From assembly GCA_963674965.2 (NCBI GenBank), contig CAXXFL010000001.1, forward strand, positions 864,001 through 928,000: a stretch of 64,000 nucleotides of DNA, given 5' to 3'. The translations under genes were made by a program, and so were the position numbers. The notes beneath the pieces were generated by a model. The model worked only from the letters and a program-made list of their open reading frames with translations. It had not been told where the DNA came from and searched no databases. Below are positions 19,330 through 29,089 of the stretch, in pieces (position 1 is the first letter of the stretch; the number at the start of each line of letters is the position of its first letter). This DNA is from a bacterium. GTDB taxonomy: Bacteria > RBG-13-61-14 > DATKZS01.

Positions 19330-20841
19330 ATGGAAAGACGCGGTTTTATGAGAAACACGATGGGAATGAGTTTACTGGCGATATTGGGACCATCTTTTAC
19401 AGCACGAGCCAAGAGAGCGGAGCCAAGACGTCCCATGGGCAGGCCGCTTGGGTCCAATCAGACCTTGCTGGTACATAACGCCAAGCTGGTCGATGTGGAA
19501 ACCGGTAGGCTCTTCGGCGAATCGGCTTTATTAATACGGGGCGAAAGGATTGAGAAGAGATTGTCGAAGGTTGCCGGAGCGGATTTCCAAATGGATGCGG
19601 AGGGCAAATACGTAGTACCAGGTCTTATCAACAATCATTGTCATATGTCGCATCCGGGTGTCGCCGACTTAGGTCTTTCCTCATTAACCATCATAATGAA
19701 CGCCTCCGAGCAGATAGATCGCAATTGCGTAGATTGCATTATGCACGGAGTGACTACCGTGCGCGATCAATTGGGCAGGCAGTCCTCTATTATAAAAAGA
19801 AAAAATCTTATTGCCAGCGGCGAGTTGATGGGGCCCAGAATTCTCCGGGGCATATGTATTGACGTGCCCCATGGCTATCTGGATACCATTGCATTATTAA
19901 GGGCCAGGGATGGAATTTTCACGGCGAGCAACATCTCTGAATGTCGGGACGCCGTAGACCGCGCCGTTGACCACGGCGCGGATCACATTAAAGTAGCGAT
20001 GCAATGTAAATGGTACCTGGAGGGCGAAAAATCAATCCCGATGATGTCGGATGAAATGTTCGCCGCCATAGTGGATAAAGCCGCGGGTTTCGGTAAAACC
20101 GTCTCAGTTCATCACACTAGTCTCGATGGTTTCCATAAAGCGCGCCGGGCGGAAATCCAATGCTTCGAGCATATGGCCAGTGACAATTTGCTCAATGATG
20201 AGGATATAGAAAAATTCATACAAGAAGACCGAGCCATCGTGCCGACTTCGAGTGTCGCTTGGGCTTTGATATTTCCCGTTGCCGATGATGAAAATTTCAG
20301 TCACCCTCTTGTTCAAGAGATGTGGCAGGATAAGGACTCATGCATCAATGATATTATCGATGAGTACGCGGTTCCGCCTCTTGCTAAAGTGGGTAAGAGA
20401 ATCTATCGGGATTATTCAAGTCCAGGGTATTTTGACAAAAATCATTATAAGACAACTCCAAGCGCGGAATTTTTCAATGCGGCCGGAGCTATTGGGGGCG
20501 CCAACCTGGAAAAGATGTACAAGGCAGGGTGCAAGATCGGATGTGGGAACGATGGCGGTATTCCTTTTATATGGCCTGGCTCCATGTCCGTTGAGATGAT
20601 ACTTTTACAGAAAGTCGGCATGAAAGCATCCGATATCCTGCGAAGCGCGACCGCCATCAACTCTAAGATCATCGGAATGGAACACTCACTCGGAACACTA
20701 GACCCCGGAAAATTTGCAGACATGGTATTTCTTGAATCCAACCCTCTTGAACGCATCGAAAATATTACTCAAATCGCGGGCGTTCTTCAATCAGGCAGAC
20801 TGGTTTACGGTAATGGCAACCATCTTAAAATTACTAGATGA
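19330..20841 (+). CDS. Tat-exported metal-dependent amidohydrolase
   Basis: MERRGFM twin-arginine signal; PGLINNHCH, GVTTVRD, HIK, EH, GNDGG, GKFAD. Confidence 0.88.
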   Translation: MERRGFMRNTMGMSLLAILGPSFTARAKRAEPRRPMGRPLGSNQTLLVHNAKLVDVETGRLFGESALLIRGERIEKRLSKVAGADFQMDAEGKYVVPGLINNHCHMSHPGVADLGLSSLTIIMNASEQIDRNCVDCIMHGVTTVRDQLGRQSSIIKRKNLIASGELMGPRILRGICIDVPHGYLDTIALLRARDGIFTASNISECRDAVDRAVDHGADHIKVAMQCKWYLEGEKSIPMMSDEMFAAIVDKAAGFGKTVSVHHTSLDGFHKARRAEIQCFEHMASDNLLNDEDIEKFIQEDRAIVPTSSVAWALIFPVADDENFSHPLVQEMWQDKDSCINDIIDEYAVPPLAKVGKRIYRDYSSPGYFDKNHYKTTPSAEFFNAAGAIGGANLEKMYKAGCKIGCGNDGGIPFIWPGSMSVEMILLQKVGMKASDILRSATAINSKIIGMEHSLGTLDPGKFADMVFLESNPLERIENITQIAGVLQSGRLVYGNGNHLKITR

Positions 20842-20924
20842 AAAGGTTAATGACGTCGATTTGGGGAGGCCTACGGCGAATTACCCATTCATTAGAGGGA
20901 AACTGCAAGGAAGGAATATTTGAC

Positions 20925-22208
20925 ATGATAAAAACTCGCCTGATTTATTTATCAGTGGTGGTTTCTTTGATGCCATTTGTTAGCTATCAAGTTTTCGCCT
21001 CTTCATCAAGCCCTTTTGCAGAAAGAGCGGAGGCCATTGTAATTGAGGGAAAATGCCTCCCAATCAACATGATAAATCATCCAATCCCTGACTTCAGGCT
21101 GTTTGTATACAATGGATCAACAATAGAAGCGATCCCGTTTCAGATTGATGAGAGGGATGTGGATGGTAAATATCTGGTCGAGGAGGGGCCGCAAGGTTGC
21201 AAGGGAGATGGTGCTTTCAATTTACAGGATGAACTTGTCTTTATGGCTCGCGACGTGGGAACTAATCTCGGCCCTAAAACACCCTCGGTTTGTGAACAGG
21301 CTGTCATCATTTCCCTGGTCGACATAAACAGACATATCACCGGTTACGTGCTTCTGGCCCTCTGTGAAAATCCTCCCCCGTTGTCTTCCAAGGATTACGT
21401 GCAGATAGATATCAATAATCGTACTATCAGGGCTCTTAGCTACGGCTTCGGCTGGCGGGAGGCCCCGGTTTATTATTACGACTATCTCACCATCGGCGGC
21501 GGGAATGACCTTCTCGACCGCATCAAGGTCAGGTGCTCGATCGGCAAATGGGGCATGACCTACACCTTCTCGGAGGAGGACTTCCACACGAGTTTCGTGG
21601 GCTATACGGACGGTCCGGTTCGGGTCGTCTGGCGATCGGAAAACTATTGGAGCCTCGGGGCCTTCGGCAGGATACCCTCCCCTCAGTCCATATGTTTTTA
21701 TCCCGATTACATCGTGGACCGGAACGACCTGGACATGACCATCAATCCCGCCGTCCTTGGGCTGGACTTCAACCTTAAAATAGGGCACGACATGGCCCTT
21801 GCAAACCCTGGCGACGCCAAGCTCTGCGCCAATATCCTGCCCGATTGTCTCCCCATCTCGGAGGACGTCGCCAGGCTCTTTGGCTCCATGGGCAAGGGAG
21901 AAATTCAGTGGGGAGGAATAGCCTTGCCCGGCGGGGCGATGATAACGCGCCTTGTCAAGGACCCGCGCCTTATGGCTCCGGTCAAGTACGTTTTCGAGTA
22001 CGATCCTTCCCACGAGGACCCGGAGGAATATATCAAAGGCTCATCGCCCATGTTGGGCTTCGAGTTCGCGGAATGGAAGGACGTAAAGCCCGAGGTCTAT
22101 GACCTGACCTTGTATCATTTTATCTGGGATGAATACTCCGCCGATGAACTGGCCCGGTTCAATAAAATTATCGACGAGCCCTTGAAGATCGGAATAAAGG
22201 AAGAATAA
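20925..22208 (+). CDS. Secreted hypothetical protein
   Basis: Signal-like N-terminus from ATG 20925 (track start 20838 is an alternative); IPFQIDER motif; AT-richer 5' part and GC-rich 3' part. Confidence 0.7.
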   Translation: MIKTRLIYLSVVVSLMPFVSYQVFASSSSPFAERAEAIVIEGKCLPINMINHPIPDFRLFVYNGSTIEAIPFQIDERDVDGKYLVEEGPQGCKGDGAFNLQDELVFMARDVGTNLGPKTPSVCEQAVIISLVDINRHITGYVLLALCENPPPLSSKDYVQIDINNRTIRALSYGFGWREAPVYYYDYLTIGGGNDLLDRIKVRCSIGKWGMTYTFSEEDFHTSFVGYTDGPVRVVWRSENYWSLGAFGRIPSPQSICFYPDYIVDRNDLDMTINPAVLGLDFNLKIGHDMALANPGDAKLCANILPDCLPISEDVARLFGSMGKGEIQWGGIALPGGAMITRLVKDPRLMAPVKYVFEYDPSHEDPEEYIKGSSPMLGFEFAEWKDVKPEVYDLTLYHFIWDEYSADELARFNKIIDEPLKIGIKEE

Positions 22209-22211
22209 ACC

Positions 22212-23420
22212 ATGAAAGTTTTGGCGCTTGGCGGTTGTGGAGGCATGGGTACCTACGCGGTCCGCGCCCTTCTTGGCATGAAGGCTTGCGATGAAATCAT
22301 CGTCGCCGACCTGGACGAAAAACGGGCCGCGTCCTTCGCCGAAAAAGCCGGAGAAGGCGTTAGCCCTCTCGCCCTGGACGTTTCGGACCAGGAGGCCCTG
22401 GACCGCGCCGTTTCCGAGGCCGACCTGGTCATGAACACGGTCGGTCCTTTTTTCAAGTTCGGCAAGATAGTGCTGTCGTCCTGCATACGAATAAAACGCC
22501 ATTACGTTGACATCTGCGACGACTGGCAACCCACGCTCGAGCTGCTTGAACTCAACGATCAGGCCCGAGAGGCGGGAATTACCGCCATAATAGGCATGGG
22601 CGCGAGTCCTGGAGTATCTAACGTTTTGGGGAAAAAGGCCATCGCCGAGTTGGACTCGGCCGAGAGCATATTCACCGGCTGGAGCATTGACGCGGCCAAA
22701 CCCGAGCGGGTTGGCGACAAGGCCTCCGCGGCGACGGTCCATGGCATATACCAGCTTAGCGGAACCATTCGGGTGTTCGACGGCGGAAAGTATATAGACG
22801 CCCTTCCCATCAAACCCGTTGACCTCGATTACCCCGGGATTGGGGTGAGGCGGACCTATACCATCGGCCATCCCGAGTCGGTTACCTTCCCGCGCTATTT
22901 TCCCGAGCTTCAAAAGAGCCAGAACGTTTTCCTGTCCTCGCTCTTTAACGTCGTTGGACTGAACGTCATTTCATGGCTGGTTAACCGCAAGCTGCTCACC
23001 ATCGATAATGCCGCTCACCTGGCGGAAATGATCGAGGGCGCGGCCAGGCCCGAGGAAACGCCGGCCAAGATGCTGGCCGACCTGGCGAATAAAAAGAAGG
23101 CGCCCTTGCCGCCCATGTTCGGTTTGGCTCTGGGGACCAAGGACGGCGCGCCGGCAAGCGCGGCCTGCGCCATCCTCTCCGCGCCGGCGGGAGGAATGGG
23201 AGGCATCACTGGAGTGCCTCTCGCGGTCTCGGCGGCCATGGTCCTTGGCGGCAAGGTAAAAGAGCGCGGCGTGTTCGCGCCGGAGGGCGCTCTCGATCCC
23301 GACCAGTTCCTGGACACCTTGGCCCCGCTATGTTCACCCAGGAAAAACGACGCGGCCGACCTGGTATTAACCACCCGCTCCTGGGACACGGAAGACTTGG
23401 ACTTTTCGAAGCACCTGTGA
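22212..23420 (+). CDS. Saccharopine dehydrogenase-like NAD(P)-dependent oxidoreductase
   Basis: LGGCGGMG Rossmann motif, NTVGPF, HYVDI, GMGASPG, HPE, GVFAPE. Confidence 0.88.
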   Translation: MKVLALGGCGGMGTYAVRALLGMKACDEIIVADLDEKRAASFAEKAGEGVSPLALDVSDQEALDRAVSEADLVMNTVGPFFKFGKIVLSSCIRIKRHYVDICDDWQPTLELLELNDQAREAGITAIIGMGASPGVSNVLGKKAIAELDSAESIFTGWSIDAAKPERVGDKASAATVHGIYQLSGTIRVFDGGKYIDALPIKPVDLDYPGIGVRRTYTIGHPESVTFPRYFPELQKSQNVFLSSLFNVVGLNVISWLVNRKLLTIDNAAHLAEMIEGAARPEETPAKMLADLANKKKAPLPPMFGLALGTKDGAPASAACAILSAPAGGMGGITGVPLAVSAAMVLGGKVKERGVFAPEGALDPDQFLDTLAPLCSPRKNDAADLVLTTRSWDTEDLDFSKHL

Positions 23421-23445
23421 CGACCTTTTATGGAGGGACCCCGCC

Positions 23446-24957
23446 ATGGACAGGAGAGATTTTTTAAAAGGAACGGCCGCGGCCGGCATGGCGGCGTCAA
23501 TGGGGCCCGTCTGGCTGAGCCGAGCCCTGGCCGCCGAGCCCCGTCCGCCCATGGGCAAGGACCTTGGCGCCAACGAGACGTTGCTTCTTTGCAACGCCAA
23601 CCTGGTGGACGTGATAGCGGGAAAACTTTATGACGAGACGGCCCTGTTAATTCGAGGCGGCAAGATCGTAAAATTATTGGCGGCCTCCTCAGCTAACTCA
23701 ACTCAAGCCGACAGGAGCATCGACGCGGGTGGACGATACGTAATACCCGGCATTATCAACGCCCATTGCCACGTTACCATGCCCGGGGTGGCGGACGCTC
23801 GCCCGGCGCTTTTCAGTAACGCCAGTCCGCAGATCGACCGCAACCTGGTTGACTGCGTCACCCACGGCGTCACCACGGTTCGGGACCAACTGGGCCGGCA
23901 GGACTCGATCGTCAAGAGACAAGAGTCCATCGCGCGTGGCGAGCTTATGGGCCCGCGGGTCCTGCGCGGAGTTGGGATCGACGTGCCCCGGGGGTATTTC
24001 GCCGCCTACACGATATTTCTCAAAGGTGGGTCCATCGTGGTCACGAACGAGGCCGAGGCCAGGGACGCGGTGGCCAAGGCCGTTGACATGGGAGCGGACC
24101 ATATCAAGATATCCCTCCAATACACTTCCCTGATGGAGAAGGAAAAACCACTGAACCTCTTGACCGACGACATGATGGAGGCCATCGTGGCCAAGGCCGA
24201 GAGCATGGGAAAGCATTGCGCCATCCATCACACCAGTCTCGATGGCTTCAGGCGAGCCATGAGGGCCGGCGTGCAATGTTTCGAGCACATGTCCAGCGAC
24301 CTTCCCCTCACAGATAAAGATATCGAGAATTTTATCGACCATAAAAGGATCATCGTGCCCACCGGAAGCGTGGCCTGGGCCTTGGCCTTCCCTCGAGGCG
24401 GCGACCAAAACTTCGAGCACCCGAACGTTCAGCTCATGTACGAGGACAAGGAGGCGAGGATAAACGAGGTGCTCGATGAGTACGCCCTGCCCCCGCTGTC
24501 CAAGCTGGGCAAGAAGGTCTATCGAAAATACAGCGGTCCCGGCTTCTTCGATAAAAACCACCTCATGCTTACGCCCTCGGCTCGGATGTTCAACTCGGCG
24601 GGGGCCATCGGCGGCGACAACATGGTTACCCTTTTCAAGGCCGGGGCTAGAGTCGGTTGCGGAAACGACGGGGGCATTCCCTTTGTCTGGCCCGGCTCCA
24701 TGCCCCTCGAGATGCTTATCAACCAAAAAGCGGGCATCGCCCCCAAGGTCGTCCTTAAAGCCGCCACCGCCGTTAACGCGGAGATCATCGGCATGGAAGA
24801 TGAACTGGGAACCATCGAGGCGGGCAAGCTCGCGGACCTGGCCGTTTACGACAACAATCCGCTCGATGACATGGAGAACCTTATGGAGACGGCGGCCACC
24901 CTGCGGTCTGGCAGGCTGGTCTATTCCATGGGAGGCATTAAGGAGTCGTATCTTTAA
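23446..24957 (+). CDS. Tat-exported metal-dependent amidohydrolase (paralog of 19330..20841)
   Basis: MDRRDFLK signal; PGIINAHCH, GVTTVRDQLGRQ, GNDGGIPF; also 503 aa. Confidence 0.9.
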   Translation: MDRRDFLKGTAAAGMAASMGPVWLSRALAAEPRPPMGKDLGANETLLLCNANLVDVIAGKLYDETALLIRGGKIVKLLAASSANSTQADRSIDAGGRYVIPGIINAHCHVTMPGVADARPALFSNASPQIDRNLVDCVTHGVTTVRDQLGRQDSIVKRQESIARGELMGPRVLRGVGIDVPRGYFAAYTIFLKGGSIVVTNEAEARDAVAKAVDMGADHIKISLQYTSLMEKEKPLNLLTDDMMEAIVAKAESMGKHCAIHHTSLDGFRRAMRAGVQCFEHMSSDLPLTDKDIENFIDHKRIIVPTGSVAWALAFPRGGDQNFEHPNVQLMYEDKEARINEVLDEYALPPLSKLGKKVYRKYSGPGFFDKNHLMLTPSARMFNSAGAIGGDNMVTLFKAGARVGCGNDGGIPFVWPGSMPLEMLINQKAGIAPKVVLKAATAVNAEIIGMEDELGTIEAGKLADLAVYDNNPLDDMENLMETAATLRSGRLVYSMGGIKESYL

Positions 24958-25203
24958 TCGAGAAAGTCCATCTTTTCCTCGTTCAAGTGAAACAACGTTG
25001 TTTGAATCCGGCCTCAGACCCATGATATCTTACTTACAATGCAGTTCCCGGCCATCGGGTTTTTATCGCGTCAAGAATTCCCTTCTCCTTTAAAAGCATT
25101 TTTATTATGGGCCTTGTCGCGACCCTGGAAGGAGGCCCTTGCTCACGGGCATAGGGGCTTCGTCCTTTAACCTTCATTGAAGTAGTATATCGGGAGGTTT
25201 TTC

Positions 25204-26079
25204 ATGAGAGTTATCGATTTTTACAAAAAAGACGGTCCGGTTGTTTCCCTGGAGTTTTTTCCTCCTCGCGATGAGGAGGCCATGGCCAAGTTCAATGGAA
25301 TAATCGACAATCTTTCCGGGACGGGCGCCGATTACGTCACGGTCACTTTCGGGGCCGGCGGCTCCACCAGGGACGGGTCTCTACAGGCCGCGACCCATTT
25401 GACGGGCGACCGAAAACTCCCGACCGTTAGCTACATCGCCGGGTTTGGCCTGGGACCCGATGACGTAACCAAGGTATTGGACGGCTTCAAGGGCCTTGGA
25501 ATCCAGACCGTGTTCGTTATCCGGGGCGATAAGCCCAAGGATGGAGACGTCACCGCTCATCCGGACGGGTTTGCCCACGCTTCGGATTTAATAGGCTTTA
25601 TCAAGGCTAATTACGATTTCACCGTCGGCTGCGCCGGGTATCCGGAGGGACACGTGGAGGCCGAGAGCCTTGAAAAGGACCTCGAGTATTTGAAATTGAA
25701 AGTCGACAATGGCGCGGAATACGTGGTCACCCAGTATTTTTACGACAACGATTATTATTTCGATTTCGTCGATAAATGCAGGACCAAGGGAATTAAGGTC
25801 CCCATCATTCCCGGAATTATGCCGGTTTATACCAAAAAACTTACGGGTATCCTCTCCAAGGTTTGCGGATCGACTATTCCCGAGGCCCTTCAATCCCGGC
25901 TCGACGCGGTGGAAGACGGGGACAAGGAAGGCGTTCTAAACGTGGGAATCGATTACGCTACCCAGCAGTGCCGTGGCCTTCTTAAGAAAGGCGTTCCTGG
26001 TCTTCATTTCTATACCATGAACAGATCCAAATCCACCTCCGAGATTATCGGGAGATTGAAGGAAGAAAAGCTGCTGTAA
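25204..26079 (+). CDS. metF: 5,10-methylenetetrahydrofolate reductase
   Basis: SLEFFPP, VTFGAGGS, RGD, AGYPEGH, TQYFYD, PGIMP, HFYTMN. Confidence 0.93.
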   Translation: MRVIDFYKKDGPVVSLEFFPPRDEEAMAKFNGIIDNLSGTGADYVTVTFGAGGSTRDGSLQAATHLTGDRKLPTVSYIAGFGLGPDDVTKVLDGFKGLGIQTVFVIRGDKPKDGDVTAHPDGFAHASDLIGFIKANYDFTVGCAGYPEGHVEAESLEKDLEYLKLKVDNGAEYVVTQYFYDNDYYFDFVDKCRTKGIKVPIIPGIMPVYTKKLTGILSKVCGSTIPEALQSRLDAVEDGDKEGVLNVGIDYATQQCRGLLKKGVPGLHFYTMNRSKSTSEIIGRLKEEKLL

Positions 26080-26124
26080 AATCCTTATCGCGGCGGAGGC
26101 GCCACTCGTGAAAGACAAGGCGTC

Positions 26125-27426
26125 CTAGACCCTGGCCATAAAGGAGTTCGCTTTTTCGAGGACCTCCTTTGCGGCCCTGGCTTTCAAAAGATAAGCCGCG
26201 TAAAGGTTGGCGCCGGCAAGGTCCGCGCCGGTAAGGTCCGACAGAAGAAGCTCGGCCCGAGAGAGGTTGGCGTTTCTAAAAGAGGCTTTTTGAAAATTGC
26301 ACTCGGACAGGTTGGCCATGGCCAGGTTGGCGCCCGAGAAGTCAGCGCCGGAGAAGTCCCGGCCGTCCAGTACCTCGGAGGATAGATCGAGACCGGAAAG
26401 GTCCGGCGTCTCGTCGGGATGCTCTTTCCTGTAGGCGTTCCACACATCGGCTTCCCCCGCGATTAGATCGCGCCATTTCGCGGAGTCGATCCGCCTTGCT
26501 TCGGACGCGATACCATTTTCCTCGCTCGCCTCCAGGACGGCCCCGGCCAAATTGGCCTCATGAACGTTGGCCCCATCAAGGTCGCAACCAACAAATCCGA
26601 CCATGTAAAGGTTGGCCGATTTAAAGTTCGCGTCCTTAAATGACGTTCCCTTTACGATGGCCCCGAAAAGGTCCGCCTCGGTTAAGTCCGCGCCGGACAG
26701 GTCGGCGCCGATGATTCTTGCCTTGTAAAGATCGGCGCGAAGGAGGTCGGCGCCCTTAAGCCGAGCGCCCGTCAGGTCCGCGCCGGACAGGACCGCGCCG
26801 GTAAGGCGAGCGCCCGAAAAGTCCGCCCCCGCCAGCGAGGCGCCCTTAAGCTCCGCGCCCACGAACTCGGCCGCTTTGAAAACCGAACCCGACAGATTGG
26901 CCTCGATGAGAAACGAGTTCTTAAGGTTCACGCCCGAGCCGTCGGCGCCGGAGAGGTCCACCCGCTCGGCGATGACCACGGGCGCCACCGCGGGAGGGAC
27001 GCTGCACCCGTGAGAACTCTCGGACGCCGCCAACACCGCTTGCCGAAGCTTGGCGTCCTCCAGGTTGGCCCCCTTTAAATGTACTCCCGCCAGGCCGGCC
27101 TTGGTCATGTCCGCCGCCATGGCGCTTGCTCCCATCAAGTCAGCGCTCATGAGGTTGGCGCCTACGAGAACGCATTTTTCCAGGTTGGCTTGAATGAGAA
27201 TCGAGTCGGCCAGATTGGCTCTTTCCAGGTTGGTCCCGGAAAGGTTTGACTTCTCGAGTTTGGCGTCCTCCAGGTTGATACCGGCAAGGTCTAAACCGGA
27301 CAGGTCGGCGCCGGACAAATCGGGAAACTCGGCGGGGTTACTATTACGGAAAGCGTTGAAGCTCTCCACTCCCTCGGAGACGAGGTTTAACCAGTCGTTC
27401 AAGGTGTTTTTTTTCATGGGGTCCAT
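26125..27426 (-). CDS. Pentapeptide repeat protein
   Basis: Extensive A[DN]L[ST]G repeats; start 27426 or 27417. Confidence 0.92.
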   Translation of the reverse strand: MDPMKKNTLNDWLNLVSEGVESFNAFRNSNPAEFPDLSGADLSGLDLAGINLEDAKLEKSNLSGTNLERANLADSILIQANLEKCVLVGANLMSADLMGASAMAADMTKAGLAGVHLKGANLEDAKLRQAVLAASESSHGCSVPPAVAPVVIAERVDLSGADGSGVNLKNSFLIEANLSGSVFKAAEFVGAELKGASLAGADFSGARLTGAVLSGADLTGARLKGADLLRADLYKARIIGADLSGADLTEADLFGAIVKGTSFKDANFKSANLYMVGFVGCDLDGANVHEANLAGAVLEASEENGIASEARRIDSAKWRDLIAGEADVWNAYRKEHPDETPDLSGLDLSSEVLDGRDFSGADFSGANLAMANLSECNFQKASFRNANLSRAELLLSDLTGADLAGANLYAAYLLKARAAKEVLEKANSFMARV

Positions 27427-27795
27427 TTAAAAATCGCCTTTGGCGATAATTAATTATTGAGCCTCTTGCATAAGTTCCGCTTTGGAGTGCGGCGGCTCGA
27501 CGCCGCTTTTCTTCCGAGCGGCTTGACGCGAGGCCCGCCGTTGTATTTTTAGGCCTTGTCAAGCCAAGGCCATTAAAAGCGGTCTCAAGCGACCGACTCC
27601 AAAACGGCTATGCCGCCAAGAAAAGGACTTTTACAAGAAGCTCTATTCCTTTCTTTTTTGGTTGTTGCCATTTTATTATGTTTTTTGGGTCAATAGAAGT
27701 ATAAAATTCGGGCCGTAAGTACTTTAACGATCGTATAAAAATTATTGTCTTGCCTTTTTAGCGTGGTTCGGGTATGAAAATAACGTACGTTACTC

Positions 27796-27825
27796 TTGAC
27801 AATTGTATTTAACGATGGATAGAAT
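27796..27825 (+). promoter_or_regulatory. Sigma70-type promoter of the acyl-CoA dehydrogenase pair
   Basis: TTGACA-18bp-TAGAAT, flanked and overlapped by TAACG-N2-CGTTA-like palindromes. Confidence 0.6.
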
Positions 27826-27935
27826 GTACTCGTTTCTTACCGAACGGCAAAATCCGCCGCGACTATAGGGGCTGAAAATTTCGGTTGGCCGCGCGGTAAA
27901 ATCTAACTCGCAACCGTTTGCAAGGAGGTACTTAC

Positions 27936-29045
27936 ATGGTTGAGTTTCGTCTCGATGAGGATCAGCGACAGATCCAGGACATGATGGCCAAGTTCGCGGC
28001 CGAGGAAATCAGGAAGGTCGCCCGGGAGTGCGACGAGAAAGCGGAGCTGCCCGAGGACCTTCTTAACAAGGTATGGGAGCTTGGCGTTTGCAGCAACGCC
28101 GTTCCCGAGTGCTATGGCGGTTACGAGCTGGGCCGCTCGATAGTAACGGGCGCCATCATGGCCGAGGAACTGGCCTGGGGCGACCTCAGCCTGGCCATGG
28201 GCGCCTTGAGTCCTCTTCTCGCCATGGTACCGGTGCTCGAGTTCGGTACTCCCGAGCAAAAGGAACTGTACCTGCCAAAGTTCTGCGGCGAGAAGTTCTT
28301 TCCCGCCACCGCCGCCCTGATGGAGCCGAGGATTTCCTTCGACCCGACCAACCTTTTCACCACCGCCGAGGTCGATTCCGGCAAGGTGATATTGAACGGC
28401 AAAAAGTGCATGGTCCCCCTCGCCGACAAGGCGGAAAAAATCCTGGTTTACGCCACCGCCGCCAAGGGCTCCGGGCCCGGCTCGGTTATGGCCGTCATGG
28501 TGGACAAGGGAACGGGCGGAATGAAGATCGGCGAGCGCCAGTTCTACCAGGGCCTCAGGCCCCTTCCCCTTTTCCCGGTCGAGTTCACCGATTGCGAGGT
28601 CCCCTTTGCCAACGTTATCGGCCTCGAGGGCGGCGTGGATTACATGCGCCTCCTGAATATATCGAGAGCCACTCTTTGCGCCATGGCCGTGGGCGTGGCC
28701 CGGGCGGCCAAGGATTACTGCATCGACTACGCCAAGGAGCGCTACGCCTTTGGCGAGCCCATCGCCAGCCGGCAGACCATCGCCTTCATGCTGGCCGAGA
28801 TGGCCATGGAAAGCGACGCCATGCGTCTCCTGGCCTGGCGCGCCGCCTGGAGACTGGACAAGAACCAGGACGCCACGCGCGACGCCACGCTGGCCAAGAA
28901 CTACTGCTCCGAGCAGACCATGAAGATAGTCGACTACGGCATCCAGGTGCTGGGCGGACACGGCTATATTCGCGAGCACATGGTCGAGCTCTTCTTTCGG
29001 AACGGCCGGAGCATCGCGACGCTCGAGGGCCTGACCGCGGTCTGA
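27936..29045 (+). CDS. Acyl-CoA dehydrogenase (FadE24-like subunit)
   Basis: EELAWGD, AALMEP, LNGKK, RYAFGEPIASRQ, QVLGGHGY; ATG after AAGGAGG. Confidence 0.9.
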   Translation: MVEFRLDEDQRQIQDMMAKFAAEEIRKVARECDEKAELPEDLLNKVWELGVCSNAVPECYGGYELGRSIVTGAIMAEELAWGDLSLAMGALSPLLAMVPVLEFGTPEQKELYLPKFCGEKFFPATAALMEPRISFDPTNLFTTAEVDSGKVILNGKKCMVPLADKAEKILVYATAAKGSGPGSVMAVMVDKGTGGMKIGERQFYQGLRPLPLFPVEFTDCEVPFANVIGLEGGVDYMRLLNISRATLCAMAVGVARAAKDYCIDYAKERYAFGEPIASRQTIAFMLAEMAMESDAMRLLAWRAAWRLDKNQDATRDATLAKNYCSEQTMKIVDYGIQVLGGHGYIREHMVELFFRNGRSIATLEGLTAV

Positions 29046-29089
29046 AAAAGGACCGGACGGCGAATAGACGGAAAACAAGGAGGATTGAA

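Noticed and set aside
25095-25200. SAM/SAH riboswitch upstream of metF
   Set aside because: A GC hairpin exists (about 25131-25161), but I could not match SAM-I, SAM-II or SAH consensus motifs; an Rfam scan would settle it.
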